Part shown: in pieces, positions 10,823 through 20,323 of the stretch
How the letters are laid out: each line of letters begins with the position of its first letter
How positions within the stretch are numbered: position 1 is the first letter of the stretch
Source: Terriglobia bacterium
GTDB taxonomy: Bacteria; Acidobacteriota; Terriglobia; 2-12-FULL-54-10
Assembly: GCA_963666975.2 (NCBI GenBank)
Contig: CAXVYR010000003.1
Span: 576,001-640,000, forward strand
Reading direction: 5' to 3'
DNA length: 64,000 bases
Program-made: the position numbers and the translations under genes
The notes under the pieces: model-generated
Seen by the model: only the letters and a program-made list of their open reading frames with translations
Told to the model about the DNA's origin: nothing
Databases searched by the model: none

Positions 10823-11292
10823 TACCGATACCCCGTAATGGGATAGTCTTTGCGCAGAGGGTGGCCTTGCCAGTCCTCCGGCATCAGGATGCGTCTCAGG
10901 TGGGGGTGGCCCCGGAACTGGATGCCGAACAGGTCAAAGACCTCCCGCTCGTACCAGTTTGCCGCCCCCCAAACGGGGACGACCGAGGCGATCTCGGCTG
11001 CGGCCTCGCTCAGCCGGGACTTCAGGCGCAGACGTTCTTTGCGATGATGCGAATAGAGATGATAGATCACTTCAAACCGGGGCTCGGAGGGAAACCAATC
11101 GACCGCTGTTACGTCGGAGAGGTAGCGGTAGCCGCGCTGCGCTTTGAGGAACTCGCAAACGCGCTGAATCCGGTCCGCCCGAACCACAAGCGTCAGCTCT
11201 CCCCGGTCGTATTTTCCGTCGATGACCGCCTCCGGGTCGAATTCCGACAGGGCTGCGGCGTCCGGCATCTCGGCTACCTCATGCGGGATCAT
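10822..11292 (-). CDS. nuoC: NADH-quinone oxidoreductase subunit C
   Basis: ANWYEREVFDLFGIQFRGHPHLRRILMPEDWQGHPLRKDYP. Confidence 0.97.
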   Translation of the reverse strand: MIPHEVAEMPDAAALSEFDPEAVIDGKYDRGELTLVVRADRIQRVCEFLKAQRGYRYLSDVTAVDWFPSEPRFEVIYHLYSHHRKERLRLKSRLSEAAAEIASVVPVWGAANWYEREVFDLFGIQFRGHPHLRRILMPEDWQGHPLRKDYPITGYR

Positions 11293-11681
11293 TACAAATC
11301 TCCAGAGTCAGCTTTTGTCCAATCCAGCGCCCCTTTTTTCCACAAGTAGGCGAAGCCGGCAAGCACGATCAGGAGGAAGAGGAGCATTTCCACAAACCCG
11401 AATATTCCCAACTCCTTAAAAACCACGGCCCAGGGGTAGAGAAAGATCACTTCCACATCGAAGAGGATAAAAACCATCGCTACCAGGTAGAATTTTACGC
11501 TGAAGCGGTGCCGGGCGTCTCCCGTAGGGGTGATGCCGCATTCATAAGCGGACAGTTTTTCCCGTGTCGGTCGGTGCTGGCCCAGCAGGTAGGAAACAAC
11601 CAGCATCCCCACAGCCAGCAGAAGCACTACAGCCAACAACATAAGGATTGGAATGTAGCTTTGGATGTAGTAATTTGGCAT
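11292..11681 (-). CDS. nuoA: NADH-quinone oxidoreductase subunit A
   Basis: KLSAYECG, FYLVAMVFILFDVEVIFLYPWA, KKGALDW; probable ATG at 11681. Confidence 0.96.
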   Translation of the reverse strand: MPNYYIQSYIPILMLLAVVLLLAVGMLVVSYLLGQHRPTREKLSAYECGITPTGDARHRFSVKFYLVAMVFILFDVEVIFLYPWAVVFKELGIFGFVEMLLFLLIVLAGFAYLWKKGALDWTKADSGDL

Positions 11682-11817
11682 GAAACAGAATGCTATAATA
11701 ACAGCAAACTGAGGCAATTTGGACTATAGGGATCAAAAACAGGAGATGTCAAGCGTTTTTGCCTGAATTGTTTTTGCAGACGTTTGCCCTTCGACGCAGG
11801 AGGGAGCAGGAGAGAAG

Positions 11818-12462
11818 ATGATTTTCGAATTCAGCACTGATATTCCCGTGAACGATTCTGTCTATCACGTCCAGACGGAAGACCGGGGAGCCCAAAACCC
11901 TGTCATCGACTCGATCATTGATATTGGCGGCAGGATTGTGGACCAGGTACGAACGTCCTATCTCCCGCATCTGTTAGCTCCTTCACGGCTTGAAGCGATG
12001 GTTCATAGGCAACACCGGCAATTGGTGGAGTCGATCCGGTCGGGAAATTTTTTACCAGCCGCCGAATCACCTTCCTCAGCAGTGCCTATGCATCGCGGGT
12101 ATGCGGTGCGATTGCTGAATCCCTCGTCGATTTCCCGCGAAGAGAAATTGGTTTTTGCGGTTTCCGTTTGGAGCCGCTCGTATGGAACTCCAGCACAAAA
12201 CGTCTCGGTGGATGCCCGATGGGTGGAAAACGGCGTCGTTTCCCAGAACGTAACCATGCCAACCGGAGAAGACGGCAATGTGTTACTTTCTTTCGCGGCC
12301 CCGAATGGCGGCACGGAAGGGTGCCTGCTAATCTCCGCCGAAGGCCCGGAGGGAAGGGAATTGACTAAGTTTCGCCTCCACGCCGCCTCCAGTCCTTCCG
12401 CCCCGAGTCCGGCAATAGTGGAGCGAGGCGAGATGGCCATGAGGGCGGGAGCCGGAATATGA
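11818..12462 (+). CDS. conserved hypothetical protein (YHVQTED N-terminal domain)
   Basis: GGAGAG RBS upstream; YHVQTED...QH motif recalled from uncharacterised Acidobacteria/Deltaproteobacteria proteins; stop overlaps the thiS start. Confidence 0.7.
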   Translation: MIFEFSTDIPVNDSVYHVQTEDRGAQNPVIDSIIDIGGRIVDQVRTSYLPHLLAPSRLEAMVHRQHRQLVESIRSGNFLPAAESPSSAVPMHRGYAVRLLNPSSISREEKLVFAVSVWSRSYGTPAQNVSVDARWVENGVVSQNVTMPTGEDGNVLLSFAAPNGGTEGCLLISAEGPEGRELTKFRLHAASSPSAPSPAIVERGEMAMRAGAGI

Positions 12463-12662
12463 TTGAAATCGTGATCAACGGCGAAGCACGCCAAGTTTCA
12501 CAACAAACCAGCCTGCAACAACTGCTGCACTCTTTGGATCTCAGAGGAGACCGCGTCGCCGTGGAATTGAACCGAAAACTCGTCCGGCGGGAAGACTGGG
12601 AACAGGTGCAACTCTGCAGTAACGACCGCTTGGAGATCGTCCACTTTGTGGGTGGAGGATAG
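12459..12662 (+). CDS. thiS: sulfur carrier protein ThiS
   Basis: 67 aa, VAVELN...DRLEIVHFVGGG with C-terminal di-Gly. Confidence 0.93.
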   Translation: MIEIVINGEARQVSQQTSLQQLLHSLDLRGDRVAVELNRKLVRREDWEQVQLCSNDRLEIVHFVGGG

Positions 12663-12775
12663 CACTCCGGGAGCAGGCGCAGGGTCACTCCGGAAAGACC
12701 CCGAGACACAAACTCAGCAGAAAACTCTTTCCGGGCGGAAAGGGCACGCCGATGGCAGTCGGATACCAGAGTCGA

Positions 12776-13426
12776 TTACGGCTTGAGTTCGCCCAGCAGG
12801 TGTCCCAATTTCTCCTGCTTGGTTTTCAAATACCGGGCGCTGGATTCTTGCGGGGGCACTTCGAGCGGCACACGCTCGTGAATCTGGATACCGCCATTTT
12901 CCAGCGCCCGCAGCTTGTCCGGGTTGTTGGAGAGCAAACGAACGGATTTAACCTGAAAGTACTGCAAGATGCCCGCAGCGAGGGTGTAGTTCCGAAGGTC
13001 GGCAGCATAGCCGAGCTGGCGGTTGGCTTCGACTGTATCCACCCCTTGGTCTTGCAGTTCGTAAGCCTGGAGCTTGCTCATCAAGCCGATTCCGCGCCCC
13101 TCCTGGTCCTCGTAGATGATAAAACCATAGGGGCTGGCGCCTACCTGCTTCAAGGCCGCCTCCAACTGCTCCCGGCAATCGCAGCGAAGAGACGCAAATA
13201 CATCTCCGGTGAGGCATTGCGAATGGATACGGACCAGCGGGACTTCTCCCGCCTGGCGCGTCCCTTTCACCAATACGACGGCAGTCTCCGGAGCCGGGCC
13301 ATTCAGCAAACGAAAGCCGCAAATGCGGAAGCGAGCATACCGGGAAGGGAAGTCCGCTTCGGCTACTTTTTCCACCTCAATTTTTCGGGAAACGATTTTG
13401 TTTTCTGGCTTCACAGTTTTTATCAA
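12776..13426 (-). CDS. ribA: GTP cyclohydrolase II
   Basis: LVRIHSQCLTGDVFASLRCDC, QEGRGIGL, LLSNNPDK, KLGHLL. Confidence 0.95.
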   Translation of the reverse strand: MIKTVKPENKIVSRKIEVEKVAEADFPSRYARFRICGFRLLNGPAPETAVVLVKGTRQAGEVPLVRIHSQCLTGDVFASLRCDCREQLEAALKQVGASPYGFIIYEDQEGRGIGLMSKLQAYELQDQGVDTVEANRQLGYAADLRNYTLAAGILQYFQVKSVRLLSNNPDKLRALENGGIQIHERVPLEVPPQESSARYLKTKQEKLGHLLGELKP

Positions 13427-13552
13427 CCTGGTTTGTTATTATAATGTACTGTTCAGTTGCGGACAAGCAGACTGGCCCTCGGAAACGGGCGTTCCGCGGA
13501 CCGGGCCTTCTGCAAGTCCTGCGAGAGGCCTTGCACGCCGGGGAGAATTAAC

Positions 13553-14848
13553 TTGGACGCCAATAATGCAAGAGAGTTCCTTCTCCTCATCTTGCTGATC
13601 AAGATTTTGGTGGCGGCTTCCATCGCCAGCATTCTGGCCCGCTCCTCCTACTTCAAGGATCTGCTGTTCAAGCCGCAGAAGAGCCTTCAAGAGAATTTGA
13701 TGTTCGGGTTTTTGCTGGGCCTGCCTCTTGTTATCGGAGCCAGCTTGCGCGTCATCCTGAAATATCAGGCGCTGGACCTGAGCTTGGAAGGAGCGGTATT
13801 AGCCGGGGTCCTCTGCGGACATGGCGTGGGAATGCTGGTGGGCGGACTGGTGGCGCTGCCGGCCCTGCTCAATCAAGAGTTCCTGGCGCTGCCGGTGATG
13901 ATCACCGCAGGGGCATTAGGAGGATTCGCCCGGCACCTGGCCCACAATAAAGAGGACATCTGGCATTTCTCTCCCTTTTTCGATCTGAATCTCTACCGCT
14001 GGTTTCGCAAGCGCTTCGGTTATCCGCGCGGCGACTGGCAGATGTTCTTTTTTCTGCTGTTGATCGTAATGGAGGCCGGACGAATCCACCTGGGGCAGGC
14101 TTTTCCGGAAAGGCTGTTTTACCTGCACAACGGATATCCGCCGGTGTTAATCGCCATCTGCCTGGCGACCATTGCCTCGGTTGCCGTTCCGATGACGGTT
14201 TGGAAGACCACGCGCATCGAGCGGCTTCTGGAAGAACAAAAACGGCTGTTGATGCAGGCCCGGCTGGACGCGCTGACGGCACAGATCAACCCGCATTTTC
14301 TTTTTAATACCCTCAATTCCATCACTTCGCTCGTGCGCTCCAGCCCAGACACGGCCCGCCAGGTGATTGTTACACTCTCCAACATCTTGCGCCGGCTGCT
14401 GCAAAAGCATGAAAATTTCACCTCCCTGCGTGACGAAATGACCTTCATAGCGGACTATCTGTCGGTCGAGGTGGTGCGGTTCGGCGAAGAGAAGCTCAAG
14501 ATCGTCAAAGAAATTGAAGAACAAACCCTGCCCCTGATGGTTCCCAGCATGCTTCTGCAGCCCATCATCGAAAATGCCATCCGCCACGGATTAAGCCCGA
14601 GACTGGAAGGGGGAATCATCCACATTCGCAGTTCCCGCCGCAACGGACGCCTGCTGCTTGAAGTCCGGGATAACGGAGTGGGAATTCCGCCGAGCACGCT
14701 CGACCGAATCTTCCAGCAGGGAATCGGCATCAGCAATGTCCACGAACGCTTGCGAGTTCTCTATGGCACGGAATTTACTTTTCAAATCGACAGCCCGCCA
14801 GGGAAAGGAACCTCGATTCAGATTGCCATTCCCTTGCTGCAAAATTGA
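13553..14848 (+). CDS. LytS/YehU-family membrane sensor histidine kinase
   Basis: AQINPHFLFNTLN H-box, LQPIIENAIRHG, DNGVG, GIGISNV; TTG start after GGGAGA. Confidence 0.9.
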   Translation: MDANNAREFLLLILLIKILVAASIASILARSSYFKDLLFKPQKSLQENLMFGFLLGLPLVIGASLRVILKYQALDLSLEGAVLAGVLCGHGVGMLVGGLVALPALLNQEFLALPVMITAGALGGFARHLAHNKEDIWHFSPFFDLNLYRWFRKRFGYPRGDWQMFFFLLLIVMEAGRIHLGQAFPERLFYLHNGYPPVLIAICLATIASVAVPMTVWKTTRIERLLEEQKRLLMQARLDALTAQINPHFLFNTLNSITSLVRSSPDTARQVIVTLSNILRRLLQKHENFTSLRDEMTFIADYLSVEVVRFGEEKLKIVKEIEEQTLPLMVPSMLLQPIIENAIRHGLSPRLEGGIIHIRSSRRNGRLLLEVRDNGVGIPPSTLDRIFQQGIGISNVHERLRVLYGTEFTFQIDSPPGKGTSIQIAIPLLQN

Positions 14849-14880
14849 GCTATTGCGACGCGCCCGCAATTATGCACTTT

Positions 14881-16210
14881 CATTGCTGTCCGGTTAAAAC
14901 TCGAACAGAATCAACTGGTTGGGATTTCTGACTAAATCGTCTTGGGAGCCCGATGCTTCCAGGGCCTGTAAAATGGGCACTTTCTCGAAAAGAGTAACAC
15001 TGAGAATCTGTAAAATTTGGTAAAGGCTGGCTTCCAAAGCGAGACGCTTCCGGACAATGGCCACGAGTACATAGATCGAAACGGCGATCCAGATTTGAGT
15101 CTTCACTGCGTTTTGGCTGGTGCCATAGAATGCCTTGATTCGCAGGTGCTGCTTGATCCATTTGAAGAACAGTTCCACCTGCCAGCGGCACTTGTAGATT
15201 TGAGCGATAGTGAGTGCGGGTAGCACGAAATTGTTGGTAAGAAACTTCAGGCGCTTGTTTGTTTCTGCATCGAAGTACGTAACGCGCCGTAGCGGATCGG
15301 GGTATGCCCTGGCCGAGGCGTTCCCGGTCAGGATCACGGTATGATCGGATCGCAAGCCGCTGGTTCTGTCTGCTGGATGAGAATAGCGGCGTTGGAGCAA
15401 GACGTTCTCTTTCGTCCGCACGACGAAAAATGCGGAGCAGAGTGTGAAGACAAAGAGTCGCTCGAAGTCGATGTAGCCGCGATCCATCACGTAGAACGCG
15501 CCCGCTTCCGGAACGATCTCGTCGAGGATGTTGACATCGTGCACGGCACCGGCCGTGACGCGGAGAAACGTGGGGATGTTGCCCTGCAGGTCCAGCAGCG
15601 TATGCAGTTTGACGGCAGCCTTGTGTTGGCGGAATCGTGCCCACGGAAACAGCGAGAGGCAGAGGTCGATGGTGGTGGAGTCCAGCGCGTACAGGCTCTG
15701 ATCCAGATCGACGCCGATCGGATCGCGCGCATACAAAGGCCGTGCGATGCCGATCAACACCTGGGCGAAGTCCGCGTAGATGCGCCAGTCGTGCGACTCG
15801 TTGGCATCGGCCAGTGTCGAGCGCGCCACGTTGCCGCGCAATCCGATGTGGTAGAGTTTGCTGGTCATGGAACGCAGACACGCCTCGATGTCGCGGAGAC
15901 TCTCGCGGTAAGTCAACTGAGCGAACGCCATCGCCAGAAACTGGTCCCAGCAAGAAAAGCTTCGCAGGTGATCGTCGCCACGGTAGCGCGTGACGCATTT
16001 GTGAAACTCGTACGAGGGCACGTGATCCATAAGCTGAGCGAAAACGGTGCGACCGATGTTCATGCACTATTCTGTCGCCTACCCCAGTCTTTACGTTCAA
16101 AGCCATTTTTCGCCCTCGCGGATTTCAAATCGAAAAATGCTCCAATGCCCGTAACCTTTTGCTCTCATGAGACTTGTTGGCTGTTCTGAAATTTTAGCCG
16201 GACAGCAGTG
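14881..16210 (-). mobile_element. IS4-family insertion sequence, complete
   Basis: Terminal IRs CATTGCTGTCCGGTTAAAA / CACTGCTGTCCGGCTAAAA; 9-bp target duplication ATGCACTTT at 14872-14880 and 16211-16219. Confidence 0.93.
14894..16063 (-). CDS. IS4-family DDE transposase
   Basis: LDSTTIDL, MDRGY, YKCRWQVELFFKWIKQ (YREK motif). Confidence 0.95.
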   Translation of the reverse strand: MNIGRTVFAQLMDHVPSYEFHKCVTRYRGDDHLRSFSCWDQFLAMAFAQLTYRESLRDIEACLRSMTSKLYHIGLRGNVARSTLADANESHDWRIYADFAQVLIGIARPLYARDPIGVDLDQSLYALDSTTIDLCLSLFPWARFRQHKAAVKLHTLLDLQGNIPTFLRVTAGAVHDVNILDEIVPEAGAFYVMDRGYIDFERLFVFTLCSAFFVVRTKENVLLQRRYSHPADRTSGLRSDHTVILTGNASARAYPDPLRRVTYFDAETNKRLKFLTNNFVLPALTIAQIYKCRWQVELFFKWIKQHLRIKAFYGTSQNAVKTQIWIAVSIYVLVAIVRKRLALEASLYQILQILSVTLFEKVPILQALEASGSQDDLVRNPNQLILFEF

Positions 16211-16429
16211 ATGCACTTTTATTGCATGTTCTTCGAACAAAGATTTGTCATTTCAGAATATATCCGGCCGTAGTATAAGGGGCCACATGACGGTCCACAT
16301 CTCCGGGACAGAATCCGGCTGGCATATGATTTTGTGCAAAGGTAAAGCGGAAATCCGAAATTCCGGTGAAGGAGACGGCTTGGTTGGGAAGCGTATGTCA
16401 TCAAGAATCGTCGCCGAACACATTGCCCC

Positions 16430-17599
16430 GTGGAGTTTGATGAAACAATTTCATTGGAGTATTTTGCAGGACGCTTGAAGACAATCGTGCACGGAAAGGA
16501 GGCCATCGTTTCTACAACAGGATTTACTGACAACCCGATTGTTCGATTGATTTTCCTGTTGGCTTTGCTGTACACATTTTTTGTAAGCATTGCATTAATG
16601 GGCGCTTCCTTTAAGTTTTTTGGGGCAGGTTTTGCCGAGCAATTGCTGAGTTCCACTGCCAATCCATTTGTAGGATTATTTATTGGTGTGCTCGCCACAA
16701 GTCTGGTGCAGAGTTCCTCAACGACCACGTCTATGACTGTGGCACTTGTAGCCGGAGGCGCTCTGAATATCGCCACTGCAATACCGATCGTGATCGGTTC
16801 AAACATCGGCACATCTGTGACGAATACCCTGGTATCGGTTGGCCATATATCCAGACCGGCAGAGTTTAAAAGAGCGTTCGCCGCAGCAACGGTACATGAT
16901 TTATTTAACCTGCTTTCTGTTCTGATTTTATTTTCGTTACAGTTGACCACTAATCTCTTGGGAACATCCGCCACTTTTCTGGCAGAACAGTTCAAAGAAT
17001 CGGGCGGACTGGAACTTGTCAATCCCCTGAAAGTAATTGTAACGCCAGCCGTAATCCTGATTACCAAGCTCACGGCAGAGTCCGGCACTGTAATGTTAAT
17101 CGTCGCCGGCACCCTTCTTTTTTTGGCCCTGCGTTACATCGTTCTCAACTTGCGAGTGCTAATGCTGGGAAGGATCGAAAGATTTTTTGATACAATTTTG
17201 TTTAAGAATGTGTTCACGGCGATGCTTTTGGGGCTTATCTTGACCGTTTTGGTTCAGAGCAGTTCGATAACAACTTCTTTGGTTGTTCCGCTGGCAGGCG
17301 CAGGTATTCTAACCCTTCGGCAAATCTTCCCTTTTACGCTGGGGGCAAATGTAGGAACAACCCTTACAGCGATGTTGGCTGCTCTGGTTACAAGTAGTGA
17401 AGCTGCGATAACAGTCGCTTTTGTGCATTTACTCTTTAATGTTTTCGGCATAATTCTAATCTGGCCCATCCGAAGCATTCCCATCTACCTTGCGGAAGCT
17501 TTGGCGGATTGGTCGGTGAAGTCGAAGTTGATTCCAGCTGCTTATGTCGGGATTGTATTTTTCTTGATACCCCTCGCCATAATCTATTTTGTGAGGTGA
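16430..17599 (+). CDS. Na+/phosphate symporter (NptA/NaPi-II type); true start probably near 16490-16510
   Basis: Two QSSS repeats (LVQSSSTTTS, LVQSSSITTS) with GSNIGTS / GANVGTT. Confidence 0.9.
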   Translation: MEFDETISLEYFAGRLKTIVHGKEAIVSTTGFTDNPIVRLIFLLALLYTFFVSIALMGASFKFFGAGFAEQLLSSTANPFVGLFIGVLATSLVQSSSTTTSMTVALVAGGALNIATAIPIVIGSNIGTSVTNTLVSVGHISRPAEFKRAFAAATVHDLFNLLSVLILFSLQLTTNLLGTSATFLAEQFKESGGLELVNPLKVIVTPAVILITKLTAESGTVMLIVAGTLLFLALRYIVLNLRVLMLGRIERFFDTILFKNVFTAMLLGLILTVLVQSSSITTSLVVPLAGAGILTLRQIFPFTLGANVGTTLTAMLAALVTSSEAAITVAFVHLLFNVFGIILIWPIRSIPIYLAEALADWSVKSKLIPAAYVGIVFFLIPLAIIYFVR

Positions 17600-17603
17600 C
17601 AGC

Positions 17604-18284
17604 ATGTTTAGGTTTAAAGAGCTGATTGAACTGTGGAGATCGGATAACTTACTTACACAAGCCCTGAACGATTCCCGGAAAATGTTGAACAGCACGTACC
17701 AAATGTTCGGTGAATCCGTAAAATCCTTGCGGAGAAGTGACAGCGGCAAGATGGGTATGGATATCTATGCGAAAGATCGAATGGTGAACAAGTATCAGCG
17801 TGAGGTGCGCAGAAAAGTTCTGAAACATCTTGCGATTACCGGAGGCGCCAACCTGATACCTGGCTTGATCTTGACCAACATTGTAATTGATATCGAGCGC
17901 ATTGGGGACTATACGAAAAATATTATGGATTTGGCTGTCGCACATCCGAAAAAGTTAAGATGCGGAATCTATGAGGATGACATAAAGAAGATTGAGCAAG
18001 GAGTGACCCGTATGTTTGAGCAGATTGTTCCGGCTCTGGAGGCCTCTGATAAGAAAGCGGCACGGCAATTGATTGAAAGCGACTGGTGGATGATAAAACG
18101 CTGTGATGAGGTAGCTACTGGCTTGATTAAATCGGAAGATCAGACGCTTAGTCCCGCGGATGCTGTGTCGACCGCACTGTATGCCAGGTATTTAAAGAGA
18201 ATAGCAGCGCATCTTATGAACGTCACTTCGAGTGTTGTGAATCCTTTTGACAGGATTGGCTTCCGGGAGAAAAAGGATGAATAG
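17604..18284 (+). CDS. PhoU-domain protein
   Basis: DIERIGDYTKNI and RYLKRIAAH PhoU repeats; 4 bp after the Na/Pi symporter stop. Confidence 0.85.
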   Translation: MFRFKELIELWRSDNLLTQALNDSRKMLNSTYQMFGESVKSLRRSDSGKMGMDIYAKDRMVNKYQREVRRKVLKHLAITGGANLIPGLILTNIVIDIERIGDYTKNIMDLAVAHPKKLRCGIYEDDIKKIEQGVTRMFEQIVPALEASDKKAARQLIESDWWMIKRCDEVATGLIKSEDQTLSPADAVSTALYARYLKRIAAHLMNVTSSVVNPFDRIGFREKKDE

Positions 18285-18315
18285 ACCGCTGAGTGGGGAC
18301 CTGTTTTTCCCCGAT

Positions 18316-18441
18316 TCGCGGCATGTTGTGCGAATCGCTGATCATGCCACCAATATCGCCGAGGATGTGGTTTATATGGTCGAGAGGAAAATCATCCGGC
18401 ATCGCGCAGAAGACTATACCCGCCGGCCGGAGCCGTCATAG
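18316..18441 (+). pseudogene. 3' remnant of a canonical phoU
   Basis: SRHVVRIADHATNIAEDVVYMVERKIIRH matches the canonical PhoU C-terminal ERIADHATNIAE motif; no 5' part present. Confidence 0.75.
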
Positions 18442-18590
18442 CGCCTGTCTGCGCAGGAGCTGACTACGCCCTCTGTTGGCGCAATTCCACTCCCCGCTTA
18501 AAACCTGCCCGCTGACCACTCCCCCTGCCTGCTGCGTGCGAGGATCCGAACATAGGGTGCCGTTCATCATTTCTTAATATGCAATGTTAA

Positions 18591-18745
18591 TAGAACTGGT
18601 CTCAAAAATGCGCGGAATGAGGCAATTGGCAAAAACGAAAGTTACCTCAGGGGCTGAAGCCCCTGTTTTTCAAGGCTTTTTACGGCACGGCTGAAGCCGT
18701 GCCCTGACGGTTAACAGAAAATGGCCATTTTTGAGACCGGTTCTA
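18591..18745. mobile_element. MITE-like element with 20-bp terminal IRs enclosing a family-A REP
   Basis: TAGAACTGGTCTCAAAAATG (18591-18610) versus CATTTTTGAGACCGGTTCTA (18726-18745), 19/20 inverted match; internal palindromes at 18643-18709. Confidence 0.7.
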
Positions 18746-18841
18746 GTGATAATTATACGTATTTACAGAATTGTATGCGTCCCCCTAAGCTGACCAATGA
18801 GCCTGCTCGGAAGGCCAGAAAAAAAAGAAGGGATTTTAAGA

Positions 18842-19987
18842 ATGAAATTTGCGAGTGCAGTTGCGGCGATCCTGTTTTGGTCGAGCGTTTGTTGGGGGCA
18901 ATCCGGAGCACAGGCTCCGGCCAGCGAGAAGCAGCAATCCACCTACCGGAAGATCTGGAAGTTCGCCGAGTGGTACAACAACGAGTACAACAACGAGCAA
19001 AATCCCGTGCTCCAGAGCGTGCTCTTCAGCGGGCGGTTCCAGTACGACTACGCAGCGCTCGATGCCGACCAGGGCTCGCACTACGAGCGGAACGTCCGCC
19101 GTCTGCGGCTGGGGGCGAGAGTGAAACTGTTCGGTTCGCTCACGCTGCACAGCGAGGCGGATCTCAACCCGCAGGAAGCGGAGCCGTTTTTCCTGCGCCT
19201 CACGGACACCTACTTGCAGTGGAGCCGCAGCCGTCGATTCGCGCTGACGTTTGGCAAGCACGGCGTGCCGTTCACGATGGACGGCGCCACCTCCTCCAAA
19301 GAAATCCTCACCCTCGACCGCAACAACCTCAGCAACAACATCTGGTTCCCGCAGGAGTACATGCCCGGCGGCAGCATTTCCGGCAAGCTCTCCAACTGGG
19401 TCTATCGCGCGGGCGTGTACTCGGCCGGCGAAGCGAATCGAGAGTTCGGCGAGTTCAACGGAAGCGTCTTCACCCTCGCCGTCGTCGGCTATGATTTTGC
19501 GAAATCCCTCGGAGTGAAGGAAGCGCTGCTGGCCGGCAACTACGTGTATCAGAACCCGGACCCACGAAACACCTTCACGCGGCAGCTTCAGCACATGGTC
19601 TCGGCCAATTTCAAGTACGATGCGGGTCAGTGGGGCGTGCGAGCGGATGTTTCGGCGGCGTCGGGCTATCTGGGTCAGAGCGATCTGTGGGGCGTGATGG
19701 CCATGCCGTTCGTCAACGTCACCGACAAGCTCCAGTTCGTAGGCCGCTACACCTTTATTACGAGTGATGATCCGAATGGAGTCCGGCTCGCAAAGTACGA
19801 AAACCGCCTGGTCCCGGGCCGGGGCGACCGGTACAACGAGCTGTATCTCGGAGCCAACTACTTCTTCTATGGCCATAAGCTCAAGTTGCAGAGCGGCGTG
19901 CAGTTTGCGGACATGAACGATAGCGCCGACGACAGCGGGGCCTACTCGGGAGTCTCGTGGACCACGGGCCTTCGCGTAAGTTGGTGA
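18842..19987 (+). CDS. OprO/OprP-like phosphate-selective porin
   Basis: Signal peptide, GRFQYD...RRLRLG motif, beta-strand pattern, terminal aromatic W; next to phosphate genes. Confidence 0.8.
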   Translation: MKFASAVAAILFWSSVCWGQSGAQAPASEKQQSTYRKIWKFAEWYNNEYNNEQNPVLQSVLFSGRFQYDYAALDADQGSHYERNVRRLRLGARVKLFGSLTLHSEADLNPQEAEPFFLRLTDTYLQWSRSRRFALTFGKHGVPFTMDGATSSKEILTLDRNNLSNNIWFPQEYMPGGSISGKLSNWVYRAGVYSAGEANREFGEFNGSVFTLAVVGYDFAKSLGVKEALLAGNYVYQNPDPRNTFTRQLQHMVSANFKYDAGQWGVRADVSAASGYLGQSDLWGVMAMPFVNVTDKLQFVGRYTFITSDDPNGVRLAKYENRLVPGRGDRYNELYLGANYFFYGHKLKLQSGVQFADMNDSADDSGAYSGVSWTTGLRVSW

Positions 19988-20323
19988 GGCTGTCGCCACT
20001 CAGCCACATGGCAACTTTCCGGCTCGGATGTAAGCCAAGACACTGAAATGGTTTTTTGCTGAGGACTGTATTCTCAATAAAAGATTGAGGTTCCAGGGAA
20101 GTGTCTGACGCAGAAGCAGAAACCGACTGCATTGAGGCAAAGCGGGGAATTGAGGCGTGTGGAATTCTGTTGACTTTCAGGATGAGAGGTTGTTAACGTT
20201 TGGGCTTTGTTAAGGTATGATGTTAAACCAAAGCAGAGCCCCGCGATTGCATTCGGCAATCGAGGCAGTTAAAATTTCCCTTTAAATCTATAGCCTGAGA
20301 ATCGGCAGGAGGATTGCGAGTTT

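Noticed and set aside
18560-18800. Pho boxes before the porin
   Set aside because: AT-rich TTAATA repeats lack a convincing 11-bp period.
18974-18997. 12-bp tandem duplication (YNNE-YNNE) in the porin
   Set aside because: Real but in frame and only two units; ordinary slippage, not phase variation.
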